64,000 bases of DNA from an uncultured Chloroflexia bacterium (lineage in GTDB: Bacteria > Chloroflexota > Limnocylindria > Limnocylindrales > CSP1-4): positions 1,763,368 through 1,827,367 of the forward strand of contig CAWAMB010000004.1 of NCBI GenBank assembly GCA_963783055.1, read 5' to 3'. Shown in pieces: positions 1 through 8,618 of this stretch (its first letter is position 1; each line of letters opens with the position of its first letter). The notes under the pieces are model-generated. The model saw nothing but the letters and a program-made list of their open reading frames with translations. It made no database searches and was not told where the DNA came from. Both the position numbers and the translations under genes were made by a program.

Positions 1-484
1 GTTCGAGCACTACGGCCACGGCCCGGCCGATCAGGCGATCGTCGGCCTCGGCGGGCAGGTGTTCATGCGCCCGAGCTCGCAGGACGCCATCCGCGAGTTC
101 CGGCCGTACTTCGACCATGCTCCGGTCTACGGCGGTGGGCCGTCGCTGGAGGACTTCATGGCTCAGACCCCGCTGACCGTCGGCACGCCCGACCAGGTGA
201 TCGAGCGGACGCTCGGCTTCCGCGACGTCGTCGGCGACTATCAGCGCCAGCTGTTCCTCGTCGACCATGCCGGACTCCCGCTGGCGGTCGTGCTCGAGCA
301 GATCGAGATGCTCGGCGAGCTCGTCGTGCCGGTCCTGCGGCGCGAGTTCGCGGCGCTCAAGCCGGCCCACGTGCCGGAGGCGCCGGTCCATCCGCGGGTC
401 GCCGCGGCCCGGGCCGCCCGAGACGGATCCGTGGACCTGGACGCCTCGGCGACGGCCGTCCTGCCGACCCCGGTGCCGGCGTGA
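1..484 (+). CDS. LLM-class (luciferase-like) flavin-dependent monooxygenase, C-terminal fragment; the 5' end lies upstream of the window
   Basis: The frame is open from nt 2. The tail ...TVGTPDQVIERTLGFRDVVGDYQRQLFLVDHAGLP... resembles luciferase-like monooxygenases. A GTGA stop/start overlap links it to the FMN reductase gene that follows, as in two-component systems. Confidence 0.7.
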   Translation, partial: FEHYGHGPADQAIVGLGGQVFMRPSSQDAIREFRPYFDHAPVYGGGPSLEDFMAQTPLTVGTPDQVIERTLGFRDVVGDYQRQLFLVDHAGLPLAVVLEQIEMLGELVVPVLRREFAALKPAHVPEAPVHPRVAAARAARDGSVDLDASATAVLPTPVPA

Positions 485-1119
485 CCACGTCGATCCGGTC
501 GATCGTCGTCGTCAGCGCCGGTCTCGGCCAGCCGTCCTCGACCCGCCTCCTGGCCGACCGCCTGGCGGCGGCCACGGAACGCCACTCCCGGGACGCCGGC
601 GTCACGCCGCGGATCACCGTCCTCGAGCTTCGCGACCATGCCCAGGACCTCACGAACCACCTGCTGACCGGCTTCCCGAGCCCGAAGCTCCAGGCGGCGA
701 TCGACTCGGTCCTCGGAGCCGACGGGCTGATCGCCGTCAGCCCGATCTTCAGCGCCTCGTACAGCGGGCTGTTCAAGCTGTTCTTCGACGTGGTCGAGCG
801 GGATGGGCTCGCCGAGATGCCGACCATCATCGCGGCGACCGGCGGGACGGCCCGCCACTCGCTGGCGCTGGAGCACGCGCTGCGGCCCCTCTTTGCCTAT
901 CTCAACGCCGCGACGGTCGCGACGGCCGTGTACGCCGCGTCCGAGGACTGGGGCACGGCCGGGCTCGCGGCGGACGGTCGTCTCGTGGCCCGGATCGACC
1001 GGGCCGCGCGCGAGCTGGCGACGGCGATCGAGGCGCGCGAGCCTCGTGTGGCGGCCGATCCGTACGCCGATCCGGTCCCGTTCGAGCAGATCCTGCGCGA
1101 GGGCGGCCGACCCGACTGA
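481..1119 (+). CDS. NAD(P)H-dependent FMN reductase, partner of the preceding monooxygenase
   Basis: 212-aa ORF. IVVVSAGLGQPSSTRLLADRL and LIAVSPIFSASYSGLFKLFFD are typical of the NADPH-dependent FMN reductase fold. It is translationally coupled to the upstream LLM gene. Confidence 0.8.
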   Translation: MTTSIRSIVVVSAGLGQPSSTRLLADRLAAATERHSRDAGVTPRITVLELRDHAQDLTNHLLTGFPSPKLQAAIDSVLGADGLIAVSPIFSASYSGLFKLFFDVVERDGLAEMPTIIAATGGTARHSLALEHALRPLFAYLNAATVATAVYAASEDWGTAGLAADGRLVARIDRAARELATAIEAREPRVAADPYADPVPFEQILREGGRPD

Positions 1120-1133
1120 GAGGCGGTCGCGCC

Positions 1134-1691
1134 CTACCAGACGTCGCCGGGTCGCCAGTCGCAGCTGATCGGGGCATCCAGGTCGAGCGGTGGCGTTCGC
1201 GTCGTCCGGCGGACCATGATGAAGCCGTCGTCGTCGGGCGTCGGGCGATCGCCGGCCGGCGTCCGGACCGATGCCGGGCCGCGCCACGTCTCCCAGCCGA
1301 GTCGCTCGTAGAAGTGGTGGCTGCCCGTGCCGAGGGCACCCAGCTCGTCGGTTTCGTCGATGATGGCGCCGATCTCCACCATCGCGACGGTGCCCAGGCC
1401 CGTCCCCTGGCGATCGGGGACCGTCGCGACCGCCTCGACGTAGCCCGTTCGCAGCGGCCGGCCCGCCAGGTGGAGCTCGCGCTCGACGACGGCGGCGTGG
1501 GCCACGATCACGCCGCCGAGGTCGACGACGACGTGGACGCCGCCCAGGGCGTGGTCCCAATCGGCGTCATCGAACCGGTCCTCTTCGTCATCGCCGAACG
1601 CAACGGTCATGAGCCGCCGGATCGCCTCGATCTCGTCGGCGGCCAGGTCCGATGAGGCAAGGCGGCGCACGCGGGGCCCATTCGATGACAT
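1134..1691 (-). CDS. GNAT acetyltransferase, aminoglycoside 2'-N-acetyltransferase AAC(2')-like
   Basis: 185 aa from the ATG at 1691; the listed ORF runs to 1898, but that part is Arg-rich shadow. It has the acetyl-CoA motif VPDRQGTGLG and the C-terminal YERLGWETWRGP...TPDDDGFIMV seen in AAC(2') proteins. Confidence 0.7.
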   Translation of the reverse strand: MSSNGPRVRRLASSDLAADEIEAIRRLMTVAFGDDEEDRFDDADWDHALGGVHVVVDLGGVIVAHAAVVERELHLAGRPLRTGYVEAVATVPDRQGTGLGTVAMVEIGAIIDETDELGALGTGSHHFYERLGWETWRGPASVRTPAGDRPTPDDDGFIMVRRTTRTPPLDLDAPISCDWRPGDVW

Positions 1692-1699
1692 GGCGACCG

Positions 1700-1705
1700 A
1701 GTCTA
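1700..1705 (-). promoter_or_regulatory. -10-like hexamer TAGACT 8 nt upstream of the AAC(2')-like ATG (candidate leaderless promoter)
   Basis: Minus strand reads gcgTAGACTcggtcgccATG, with no Shine-Dalgarno in between. The same layout recurs at five other starts. Confidence 0.35.
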
Positions 1706-1778
1706 CGCTGCCGTCGCCCGCACGTCGGCCCGCACACGCCCCATTGCGGCCGCCGACCGGGCGGCGCATCATGCGGCC

Positions 1779-1985
1779 ATGGCTGAGTACGGAAACGGCG
1801 TGGGCCAGGCGACGGGCGTGGCCGGCGGCTCGGGTGGCGGCGGACAGACGATGGACGCCGGAGCGGCCCTCGGACAGTTCGTCGGGAACGCGGCCCACAC
1901 GATCTCGACGATGCCGCCGACGCAGCTGGCGCTGCTCGTCATCGTGATCGTCGTCGGGTTCGTGATCCTGAAGCGCGCGTTCTGA
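1779..1985 (+). CDS. Small hypothetical membrane protein (Gly-rich N-terminus, one C-terminal TM helix)
   Basis: 68-aa ORF ending ...PPTQLALLVIVIVVGFVILKRAF. It is divergent from the AAC(2')-like gene, and TACGCT lies 70 nt upstream on the plus strand. No homology was recognised. Confidence 0.4.
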   Translation: MAEYGNGVGQATGVAGGSGGGGQTMDAGAALGQFVGNAAHTISTMPPTQLALLVIVIVVGFVILKRAF

Positions 1986-2012
1986 GCGCGGGACGCCCGG
2001 CGGACGGCCGGC

Positions 2013-2531
2013 CTAGCCCGGGATCGCCTTGCTGAAGTAGACCAGATCCGTGCCGCGATACGGCGCGCGATGCGTCTCGCGGTAGCCGTACCGCTCGTAC
2101 ATCGCGATGTTCGCGAGATAGCGCTCGTTCGTCAGGAGCCCGATGGCCGGCAGGCCGAGCCGGCGCGCCTCCACGTCGGCGAACTCCAGCAGACGGCGCC
2201 CCAGGCCGCGGCCCTGGAACGCCGGATCGATCGCGACGTTGTCGACCCACAGCTGGTCGGGCCGGGCGACCAGCTCGAGGACCCCGACGAGCCGCTCGCC
2301 GTCGGCGAGGACCCACACGTCGTGGGTTCGGACCGCCGCATCGAAGTCGGTCAACATCGGCGTCGGCGTCCGACCGAGCAGGGGCGTGTAGTCACGATAC
2401 GCCGCATCCACGAGCGCCCCGATCGCCGCGACGTCGGCACTGGTCGCCCGGCGCAGCGTCGGGACTTCGGTCCCCGCACCCGTCTCGGGGCTCGTCCCGG
2501 ACCCCGTGCCGGGGCCCGTCTGGTCAGGCAT
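2013..2531 (-). CDS. GNAT family N-acetyltransferase
   Basis: 172 aa from the ATG at 2531. It has the motif VAIDPAFQGRGLGRRLLEF (Q/RxxGxG/A). It overlaps the upstream YcaQ-like gene by 8 nt (ATGCCTGA). The listed 294-aa ORF is an over-extension. Confidence 0.8.
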   Translation of the reverse strand: MPDQTGPGTGSGTSPETGAGTEVPTLRRATSADVAAIGALVDAAYRDYTPLLGRTPTPMLTDFDAAVRTHDVWVLADGERLVGVLELVARPDQLWVDNVAIDPAFQGRGLGRRLLEFADVEARRLGLPAIGLLTNERYLANIAMYERYGYRETHRAPYRGTDLVYFSKAIPG

Positions 2532-3555
2532 GGAACGCCTCGAGGGCCTCGCGCTCCCGCTCCACGGCCCGCCGATCGCGGGCTCCGATCGCTTCGTAGG
2601 GGTCGAGGACGATCCGCCCCTCGCGCAGCGACCAGGCCGCGACGACCCGGCCGTCGACCAGGACCGTCCCGACGGAGAACGGGTTCTTCGTGCGGAACAC
2701 CTTCGGGCGGTGCTCCTCGGGCAGGAGCCCGGTCCGGCGGGCGTGCACCAGCAAGGCCGCGTCCCAGTGCGGCAGGAAGCGGACGGGTGCCGGCGTGTCG
2801 GGATCCGGAAGGGGCGCGCCCGGGACGTCGAGGAGCTCCTTGCCGGCCTCGTCGCGATAGCGGACCAGGGTGATGCCCTCCCCTCCCCGTTTCGCATCCG
2901 TCACGCTGATGCCGGCCCACAGGCTGATGTCGCGCCACGGCGCCGGTCCGTAGGCGCGGAGATACGCCCGGACCAGGTGTGCCAGACCTTCGTCCTCGGT
3001 GGCATCCGGTGGACCGACCCAGTCCTCCGCGAGGCCGAGGCGATCGGCTCGCCGGCGCTGCCACGTGCCGGACGGCGGCACGCGGACGACATCGACCCAC
3101 AGGCTGGCATTGCCGACGAACCCGCTGACGAGGCCGTCGAGCTCCTTGACGGTCCGCGGGCCGGCCGCGAGCGCCGCCCGAAGCCGATCCGCGGCGGCGA
3201 CCAGCGTCGCCTCGTCGGCGGCGTCGGGTCCGAGCCGCAGCGCCCACGTTCGGCGCGCCTGGCGGATGCCCATCGCGTAGCGCCAGAACTCGCGACCCGA
3301 GACCATGTGGATCGTCGTTCGCAGGAGGGTCGCCTGGATCACCGAGCGGTCCTCGAGGGCGGCCGTCAGGGCGTCACGCGGGAAGTCCGCGATTCGGCTC
3401 CACAGTCCGACGTAGCCCGACGGCGCGTACTGGGTCTGGAGCGCGCCGACCTGCTCGATCGCGGCGACGATGGACAGCGGCGAGCGCTCGAGCAGCAGCT
3501 GCCGGGCGAGCAGGGCTCGGTTCAGGGCGCGGGCGGTCAGGATTCGCTCGGTCAC
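2524..3555 (-). CDS. Winged-helix DNA-binding protein, YcaQ/AlkZ-like (DUF1006; crosslink-repair DNA glycosylase family)
   Basis: 343-aa ORF. The N-terminus LTARALNRALLARQLLLERS...VGALQTQYAPSGYVGLWSR and the C-terminal FLPHWDAALL...VLVDGRVVAAWS are characteristic of this family. Confidence 0.7.
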   Translation of the reverse strand: MTERILTARALNRALLARQLLLERSPLSIVAAIEQVGALQTQYAPSGYVGLWSRIADFPRDALTAALEDRSVIQATLLRTTIHMVSGREFWRYAMGIRQARRTWALRLGPDAADEATLVAAADRLRAALAAGPRTVKELDGLVSGFVGNASLWVDVVRVPPSGTWQRRRADRLGLAEDWVGPPDATEDEGLAHLVRAYLRAYGPAPWRDISLWAGISVTDAKRGGEGITLVRYRDEAGKELLDVPGAPLPDPDTPAPVRFLPHWDAALLVHARRTGLLPEEHRPKVFRTKNPFSVGTVLVDGRVVAAWSLREGRIVLDPYEAIGARDRRAVEREREALEAFHA

Positions 3556-3575
3556 CGGCTCATTCTGGCGGGTGA

Positions 3576-3884
3576 CGGCCCGGACAGGCGGGGTTCGTCC
3601 TCGATCACGACCACGCCGTCAACGAGCACCTCCGCTTCGTTCAGCTCACCCCGCCCGGATCGGCCTGCTCGATCACGATCGGGACCGGCATCTCCGACAA
3701 GGCGCCGGGCTCGGTGGGCGGGCTCCAGCTGGTGGTGACCGACGCTGACGCTGCCCGGGCCGAGCTCGTGAGCCGGGGCGTCGACGCGAGCGAGGTCCAG
3801 GACTTCCCGTGGGGGCGGTTCACGTTCTTCAGCGATCCGGACGGCAACGGCTGGGCCGTCCAGCAGATCGTCCGTCCGAGCTGA
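3576..3884 (+). pseudogene. VOC/glyoxalase-family gene remnant; the N-terminus is missing and there is no canonical start
   Basis: Manual translation of the frame ending at TGA 3882-3884 gives ...RFVQLTPPGSACSITIGTGISDKAPGSVGGLQLVVTDADAARAELVSRGVDASEVQDFPWGRFTFFSDPDGNGWAVQQ. The frame is closed by TGA at 3573. The only ATG/GTG/TTG in it (GTG at 3714, 3732 and 3735) lie inside the conserved domain, so none can serve as the start, which is why it is absent from the ORF track. Confidence 0.55.
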
Positions 3885-3910
3885 CCGAGCTCGCCGTCCG
3901 GGTCGCGACG

Positions 3911-5182
3911 CTACGCCAGGATGGTTGTGCCGCCGACCCGGACGCCGTTGTGGAGGACCAGCCGGATCCGGTCGCGGTCCCCGAAGATCCCCGGGTCGTC
4001 GAGCGGGTTGCCATCGAGCGCGACCAGGTCCGCCCACAGACCGGTCCGGATCGTCCCGACAGCGGACCCGATCCCGAGTGCCGTCGCGCCGCCGCGGGTG
4101 GCTGCGGCCAGCGCCTCGCCGGCGCCGAGTCCGTGCTCGACGAGGCGGGCCAGCTCCCGCGCCACCCCGTCGGCGGCCACACCGTCCGAGCCGACCGCGA
4201 GCGTGACGCCGGCGGCCCGCGCGGCATCGAGCGTCCGCTGGGCGTGGTCGAGGTTGGCGATCCCCTGCCGCTCGAGCTCCGGCGTCCACGCATCCGACTC
4301 GGCCACGTGGTGGAGGAAGTCGAGCGTCGGCACCAGGACGGTCCCGCGTTCGGCCATCCGGTCGAGCAGGTCGGGCCGTTGGTGGAGATGGAAGCCGTGC
4401 TCGACCGTGTCGACGCCGGCCTCGATCGCGAGCGCCGTCCCGTCGAGTCCCTCGCAATGGGCGGCCGCTCGGTAGGTCAGCCGATGGGCCTCGTCGACGA
4501 ACGCGCCCATCTCGGCGTCTGTCAGCTGGGCCGGCAGCGGGTTCTCGAGCTCGACCGAGCGGGCTCCCGTGCTCATGACCTTGACGAAGTCCGCACCCGC
4601 CCGGATCTGCTCGCGGACCGCGCGCCGGATGTCGTCGGCGCCATCGGCCTCGCGGTACATGTCCGGGAAGAATCGAGCGCCCGGTGCCGTCGCCGACACG
4701 ATCCGGCCGGACAGGAGCATCCGCGGCGCCGCGAACGCCCCGTACCGGACGGCCTGGCGGGCGTCGAACAGGACATCTCCGTGCGCGCCGACGTCGCGGA
4801 TCGTGGTGACGCCGAAGGCGAGCAGCTCGCGCAGCGTTCGAGCGACAAGGTGAGCCTCGACGCCCGGCCGGATCGGCTCGGCGCCCTTGGCCGGCGCGGG
4901 ACCGCGGCCGGCGTCGGCGAGCATCGAGACGTGGACATGGGCGTCGATCAGTCCCGGCACGACGGTCAGCCCGGCGACGTCCACGATCGTGGCCCCGTCG
5001 GGGACACCGTCGGCGAGCCCGGCGACCGCATCGATACGGCCGTCACGGACCAAGATCGTTCGTGGCTCGTCGGTCCGGCCGCGGGCAGCGGCATCGTCGA
5101 TCACGACGGCGCCAACGAGCGCGAGCAGTCCGGATGCCGGTGCCAGGTCGTTCAGGAACGCGGGCAGCCGGTCGACATCCAT
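3911..5182 (-). CDS. Metal-dependent amidohydrolase (imidazolonepropionase/prolidase-like superfamily)
   Basis: 423 aa from the ATG at 5182 (MDVDRLP...). It has the HxH metal motif GLIDAHVHV, plus later AAHCEG and VGSDG motifs. The upstream part of the listed 505-aa ORF looks non-coding. Confidence 0.8.
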   Translation of the reverse strand: MDVDRLPAFLNDLAPASGLLALVGAVVIDDAAARGRTDEPRTILVRDGRIDAVAGLADGVPDGATIVDVAGLTVVPGLIDAHVHVSMLADAGRGPAPAKGAEPIRPGVEAHLVARTLRELLAFGVTTIRDVGAHGDVLFDARQAVRYGAFAAPRMLLSGRIVSATAPGARFFPDMYREADGADDIRRAVREQIRAGADFVKVMSTGARSVELENPLPAQLTDAEMGAFVDEAHRLTYRAAAHCEGLDGTALAIEAGVDTVEHGFHLHQRPDLLDRMAERGTVLVPTLDFLHHVAESDAWTPELERQGIANLDHAQRTLDAARAAGVTLAVGSDGVAADGVARELARLVEHGLGAGEALAAATRGGATALGIGSAVGTIRTGLWADLVALDGNPLDDPGIFGDRDRIRLVLHNGVRVGGTTILA

Positions 5183-5188
5183 CGAGCC

Positions 5189-5194
5189 ATCGTA
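5189..5194 (-). promoter_or_regulatory. -10-like hexamer TACGAT 6 nt upstream of the amidohydrolase ATG (candidate leaderless promoter)
   Basis: Minus strand reads gatcgcTACGATggctcgATG, with no RBS. Confidence 0.3.
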
Positions 5195-5208
5195 GCGATC
5201 GGGCACGG

Positions 5209-5217
5209 TGCTACGCT
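5209..5217 (+). promoter_or_regulatory. Extended -10-like nonamer TGCTACGCT upstream of the GTPase gene
   Basis: A plus-strand member of the recurrent TGCTAYNNT motif, in the divergent intergenic region about 205 nt upstream of the start at 5416/5422. Confidence 0.35.
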
Positions 5218-5421
5218 GCCACCCATGACCCGACCGAAGGGCCGGCGTCCACGCGACGCCTGGCTCGCCACGATCGCCAACAGGAACGGCTGAGCGGCCC
5301 CTTCCAGCACCAGCGTCGATGGAAGGGGCGGGAACGGACGCGTGCCGCTCGTCGCAGTCGCTGGAGACCGCGCGCCACGTGCCGACCCGCCGATCTTGTT
5401 CGAAGGAGTCGTGCCGTGCCG

Positions 5422-6347
5422 ATGCCACATCGGACGTTTGCCCAGGTCGCCAAGAGGAGACTCGTCGGGAAAGAGGGCCGGGATCGCATCCGCGAGGTCC
5501 GCGCCCTCCTCGCCGAGCTGCCCGACTACAAGAACGGTCCGTACGCCGATCTCCGCAAGTCGTTGCTCGCCGAGATCGAGGACACCCGGGTCCGGTCGAG
5601 CGCCGTGCACCGCGACTCGATCGCCGTCCGGCGGGAAGGTGCGGCCCAGATCGCCCTCGTCGGCCCGCCGAACGTCGGCAAGTCGTCCCTGCTCCAGGCC
5701 CTGTCGGAGATCCAGATCAAGACCGGTGACTACGCGTTCACGACGCTCCGTCCGACCCCGGCCCTGACCCGGATCGGCGGGGTTCTCGTCCAGCTCGTCG
5801 AGATCCCCGGGCTGATCGAGGGCGCGGCGGACGACCGTGGCGGGGGACGGGCGCTGCTCGGGGTGCTCCGGGCCGCCGACGCGATCGTGTACTGCGGCCG
5901 TGCCGACGGCGACGTCCGGGACATCGCGGTGGTTCGCGGCGAGGTCGCCGCGGCCGGCATCGACAAGCCATCGATCCTGGCCGCGACGCGGGCCGACGAG
6001 GCGCCGGACGGGGTCCTTCGACCGCCTGGCCGCGGCGCTACCGGATCTGGAGGTCGTCCCGGTCTCGATCCTCGACGAGGCATCGCTCGACGCGATCCGT
6101 GCCGCGATCTGGCGCCTGACCGGCCTGATCCGGGTGCGGCTCCGGACGAACGGGGTCACCGAGGACGAGCCCATCGCCCTCGAGCCGGGCTCGACCGTTG
6201 CCGACGTCGCCGACTGGGTCCATCACGACCTCGGCGGCGGCGTTCAGTGGCGCCCGCGTCCGCGGTCCGTCGGCCCGGTTCGACGACCAGCGGGTCGGGC
6301 GCGAGCATGTCGTCGCGGACGGTGACATCGTCGAGATCCTGCGCTGA
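5422..6347 (+). CDS. Obg/DRG-family GTP-binding protein with a C-terminal TGS domain; needs two +1 frame corrections as sequenced
   Basis: G1 is GPPNVGKSS and G3 is EIPGLIEGAADDRGGG. The protein continues in the +1 frame after about 6010 (SFDRLAAALPDLEVVPVSILDE...VADVADWVHHDLG) and in the next frame after about 6240 (AAFSGARVRGPSARFDDQRVGREHVVADGDIVEILR*). GAAGGAG lies at 5402-5408, and GTG 5416 is an alternative start. Confidence 0.75.
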
Positions 6348-6399
6348 TCGGGCGCCGACCCGACACGGGTTCGCGTCAGCTAGGCGCGCGACCGGTACG

Positions 6400-7365
6400 A
6401 TGCCGTCTGCCATGCAGCCCATCCCCGAGCTCGCCGAAACGGCCATCCGGGCCGCCCACGCCACGATCGATCCGGCGTTCCGCGACAGCCCGCAGTACGT
6501 CCACGAGACCCTGTCGGGGCGGCTCGGCGTGCCGGTCATCGTCAAGGTCGAGACCGTGAACCCGATCCGGTCGTTCAAGGGTCGCGGGACCTGGGTCGTC
6601 GTCCACGCCCTCGCCGCCGACGGAGCGATCGGGCCGGACCGGCCGATCGTGTGCGCGTCGGCCGGGAACTTCGGGCAGGGCGTCGCGTACGCGGCGCGGG
6701 CGCTCGGTCTTCCGTCGATTGTCTTCGCCTCGCGCCGGGCCAATCGCGCCAAGATCGCCCGGATGCGGGCGCTCGGCGCGGAGGTCATCGAGATCGGCGA
6801 GGACTTCGACGATGCTCGCGAAGGGGCCGAGGCGCATGCCGCCGGGCATTCTGCCCATCTCCTGGTGGACGGCGAGGACGCGCGGATCTCGACCGGCGCG
6901 GCGACGCTCGCCCTCGAGATCACCGATGCGGTCGCGAACGGTTCGCTGCCCGCCCCCGCCGTCGTCTCGGTTCCCGTCGGGAACGGCGCGCTGATCAACG
7001 GGGTTGGCGCGTGGCTGCGCAGCGCGGCGCCCGACTGCCACGTCGTCGGCGTCCAGGCGGAAGGCGCGGCCGCGATGACCCTCAGCTGGCGGGCGGGTCG
7101 CGCGATCGACACGCCGACCGTCTCGACCTACGCGGACGGGATCGCCTCACGGGTCGCGATCCCGGCCGCCGTGGAGCTGATGGCCGGGCGCGTCGACGAC
7201 ATGCGGGTCGTCCCGGAGGATGCCCTGCACGAGGCCCAGGCCGAGCTGACCGCGGAGCTCGGGATCACGGTCGAGGGCGCCGCCGCCGCGTCGTGGGCCG
7301 GCCTGCTCGCCGGGCCGCAGCCCGCTGGCCCTGCGGTCGTCATCATCACGGGCAGCAACATCTGA
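6400..7365 (+). CDS. PLP-dependent threonine/serine dehydratase-like enzyme (tryptophan synthase beta superfamily)
   Basis: 321 aa. It has the PLP-lysine motif NPIRSFKGRG and the glycine loop SVPVGNGALINGV. The start is ATG 6400 or 6412. It shares a frame by chance with the upstream GTPase 5' part, which produces the 767-aa listed ORF. Confidence 0.8.
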   Translation: MPSAMQPIPELAETAIRAAHATIDPAFRDSPQYVHETLSGRLGVPVIVKVETVNPIRSFKGRGTWVVVHALAADGAIGPDRPIVCASAGNFGQGVAYAARALGLPSIVFASRRANRAKIARMRALGAEVIEIGEDFDDAREGAEAHAAGHSAHLLVDGEDARISTGAATLALEITDAVANGSLPAPAVVSVPVGNGALINGVGAWLRSAAPDCHVVGVQAEGAAAMTLSWRAGRAIDTPTVSTYADGIASRVAIPAAVELMAGRVDDMRVVPEDALHEAQAELTAELGITVEGAAAASWAGLLAGPQPAGPAVVIITGSNI

Positions 7366-7445
7366 CGCGAGGCGGCGGCCCGCGAACGCCGCCGTCGGTC
7401 CGTCTCCGGTTGACGCGCCCGTCCTCCGGCCCGACGATCTCGGCG

Positions 7446-7652
7446 ATGTCCGAGGACCAGCCGCTCGATCCCCGCGAACAGGAGCGCCTCCGCCGCCGCG
7501 ATCGCGAGGCGCAGGCGGCTCAACGCGACCTGCTCCGACCGGGCATGGGCAAGGTCTTCAAGCAGATCCAGGACGCCCAGCGCAAGGCCGCGGCCGCCGA
7601 CGAGGCGGGTCCGCGGCGGCGCACGGGACCGGCCAAGCGCCGGCGCGCCTGA
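7446..7652 (+). CDS. Small basic hypothetical protein
   Basis: 68-aa tail of the listed ORF 6651..7652, starting MSEDQPLDPREQERL...; predicted helical and Arg/Lys/Ala-rich. No homology was recognised, so coding status is uncertain. Confidence 0.3.
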   Translation: MSEDQPLDPREQERLRRRDREAQAAQRDLLRPGMGKVFKQIQDAQRKAAAADEAGPRRRTGPAKRRRA

Positions 7653-7677
7653 ACGCGCGCCGCGGCGGGTCCGTGCG

Positions 7678-8556
7678 CTAGCCGCGGAACCGGCGAATCG
7701 CCTCCAGGACGGTCGCGTACGTGGATTCGGTCGCGGGCCGGACGCCGAGCTGGACGTGATCGACCCCTTCGGCCTGCCAGGCGGCGAGCCCCGCGACGAT
7801 CGCGTCGACGTCCATGGGCAACGAGTTCGGACCGCTCGGCGCCTCATCGACGTCGACCCCGACCGTGATGCCGACCGTCGCCGGATCGCGGCCGACCGTC
7901 GCGCAGGCGGCGAGAAGGTCGCGGTGGCGGCCCCGGTAGCGCTCGTCCGGCAGGCCGAACCAGGCGGTCTGCCACAGGTCGGCGTGCTCGGCGGTCAGCC
8001 GGAGCATCCGCTCACCCTTGGCCGCGACCAGGATCGGCAGGCGCGGCCGGATGGGGGGCGGATCGATGGCCGCCTCACGGACCTGCTGCCAGGTGCCGTC
8101 GATCGTCACGCGCTCGCCGCGGGTGAGCGGAGCGATGATCCGGAGCGCGTCCTCGAACCGCCCGACCCGGTGATCGAACGGGTAGCCGAACGCGGTGTAC
8201 TCGGGCTCGTGCCAGCCGCAGCCGAGGCCGAGGATCAGGCGGCCGCCCGACACGTCATCGGCGGTCGCGGCCATCTTCGCCAGCAGCCCGGCCGGCCGGA
8301 ACGACGTCGACAGGACGAGCGTCCCGAGCTCGACCCGGCTCGTGACGGCGGCGAGGGCGCTCAGCACCGTCCACGCCTCGTGAAACCCGGTTTCCGAGCC
8401 AATCGCGGCGTCATCCTCGCGATAGAAGAAGTGGTCGATCAGCCACAGGCTGTCGGCGCCGCCGGCCTCGGCCTGGCGGGCACGATCGGCGATCCCGGAC
8501 CACGTGTCGCCGGAGCCGTCCGATGCCGATTGGGGAAGCAGCAGGCCGATCTTCAT
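7678..8556 (-). CDS. LLM-class F420/flavin-dependent oxidoreductase
   Basis: 292-aa ORF. MKIGLLLP..., ADSLWLIDHF, GRLILGLGCGWHEPEYTAFGYPF and RFEDALRII are typical of luciferase-like F420-dependent oxidoreductases. Confidence 0.8.
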   Translation of the reverse strand: MKIGLLLPQSASDGSGDTWSGIADRARQAEAGGADSLWLIDHFFYREDDAAIGSETGFHEAWTVLSALAAVTSRVELGTLVLSTSFRPAGLLAKMAATADDVSGGRLILGLGCGWHEPEYTAFGYPFDHRVGRFEDALRIIAPLTRGERVTIDGTWQQVREAAIDPPPIRPRLPILVAAKGERMLRLTAEHADLWQTAWFGLPDERYRGRHRDLLAACATVGRDPATVGITVGVDVDEAPSGPNSLPMDVDAIVAGLAAWQAEGVDHVQLGVRPATESTYATVLEAIRRFRG

Positions 8557-8563
8557 GGACGGC

Positions 8564-8569
8564 AGTCTA
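8564..8569 (-). promoter_or_regulatory. -10-like hexamer TAGACT 7 nt upstream of the LLM oxidoreductase ATG (candidate leaderless promoter)
   Basis: Minus strand reads cccgTAGACTgccgtccATG, with no RBS. Confidence 0.35.
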
Positions 8570-8618
8570 CGGGCGGCCGACGGCCGGCGCGGACCCGCCG
8601 GTCAGCCAGCGGACGCGG

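Noticed and set aside
5062-7365. A 767-aa ORF joining the GTPase 5' half to the PLP-dependent dehydratase.
   Set aside because: The region between about 6010 and 6400 in this frame is Arg/Pro-rich nonsense. The GTPase continues in other frames to its own stop at 6347, and the dehydratase has its own ATG at 6400/6412.
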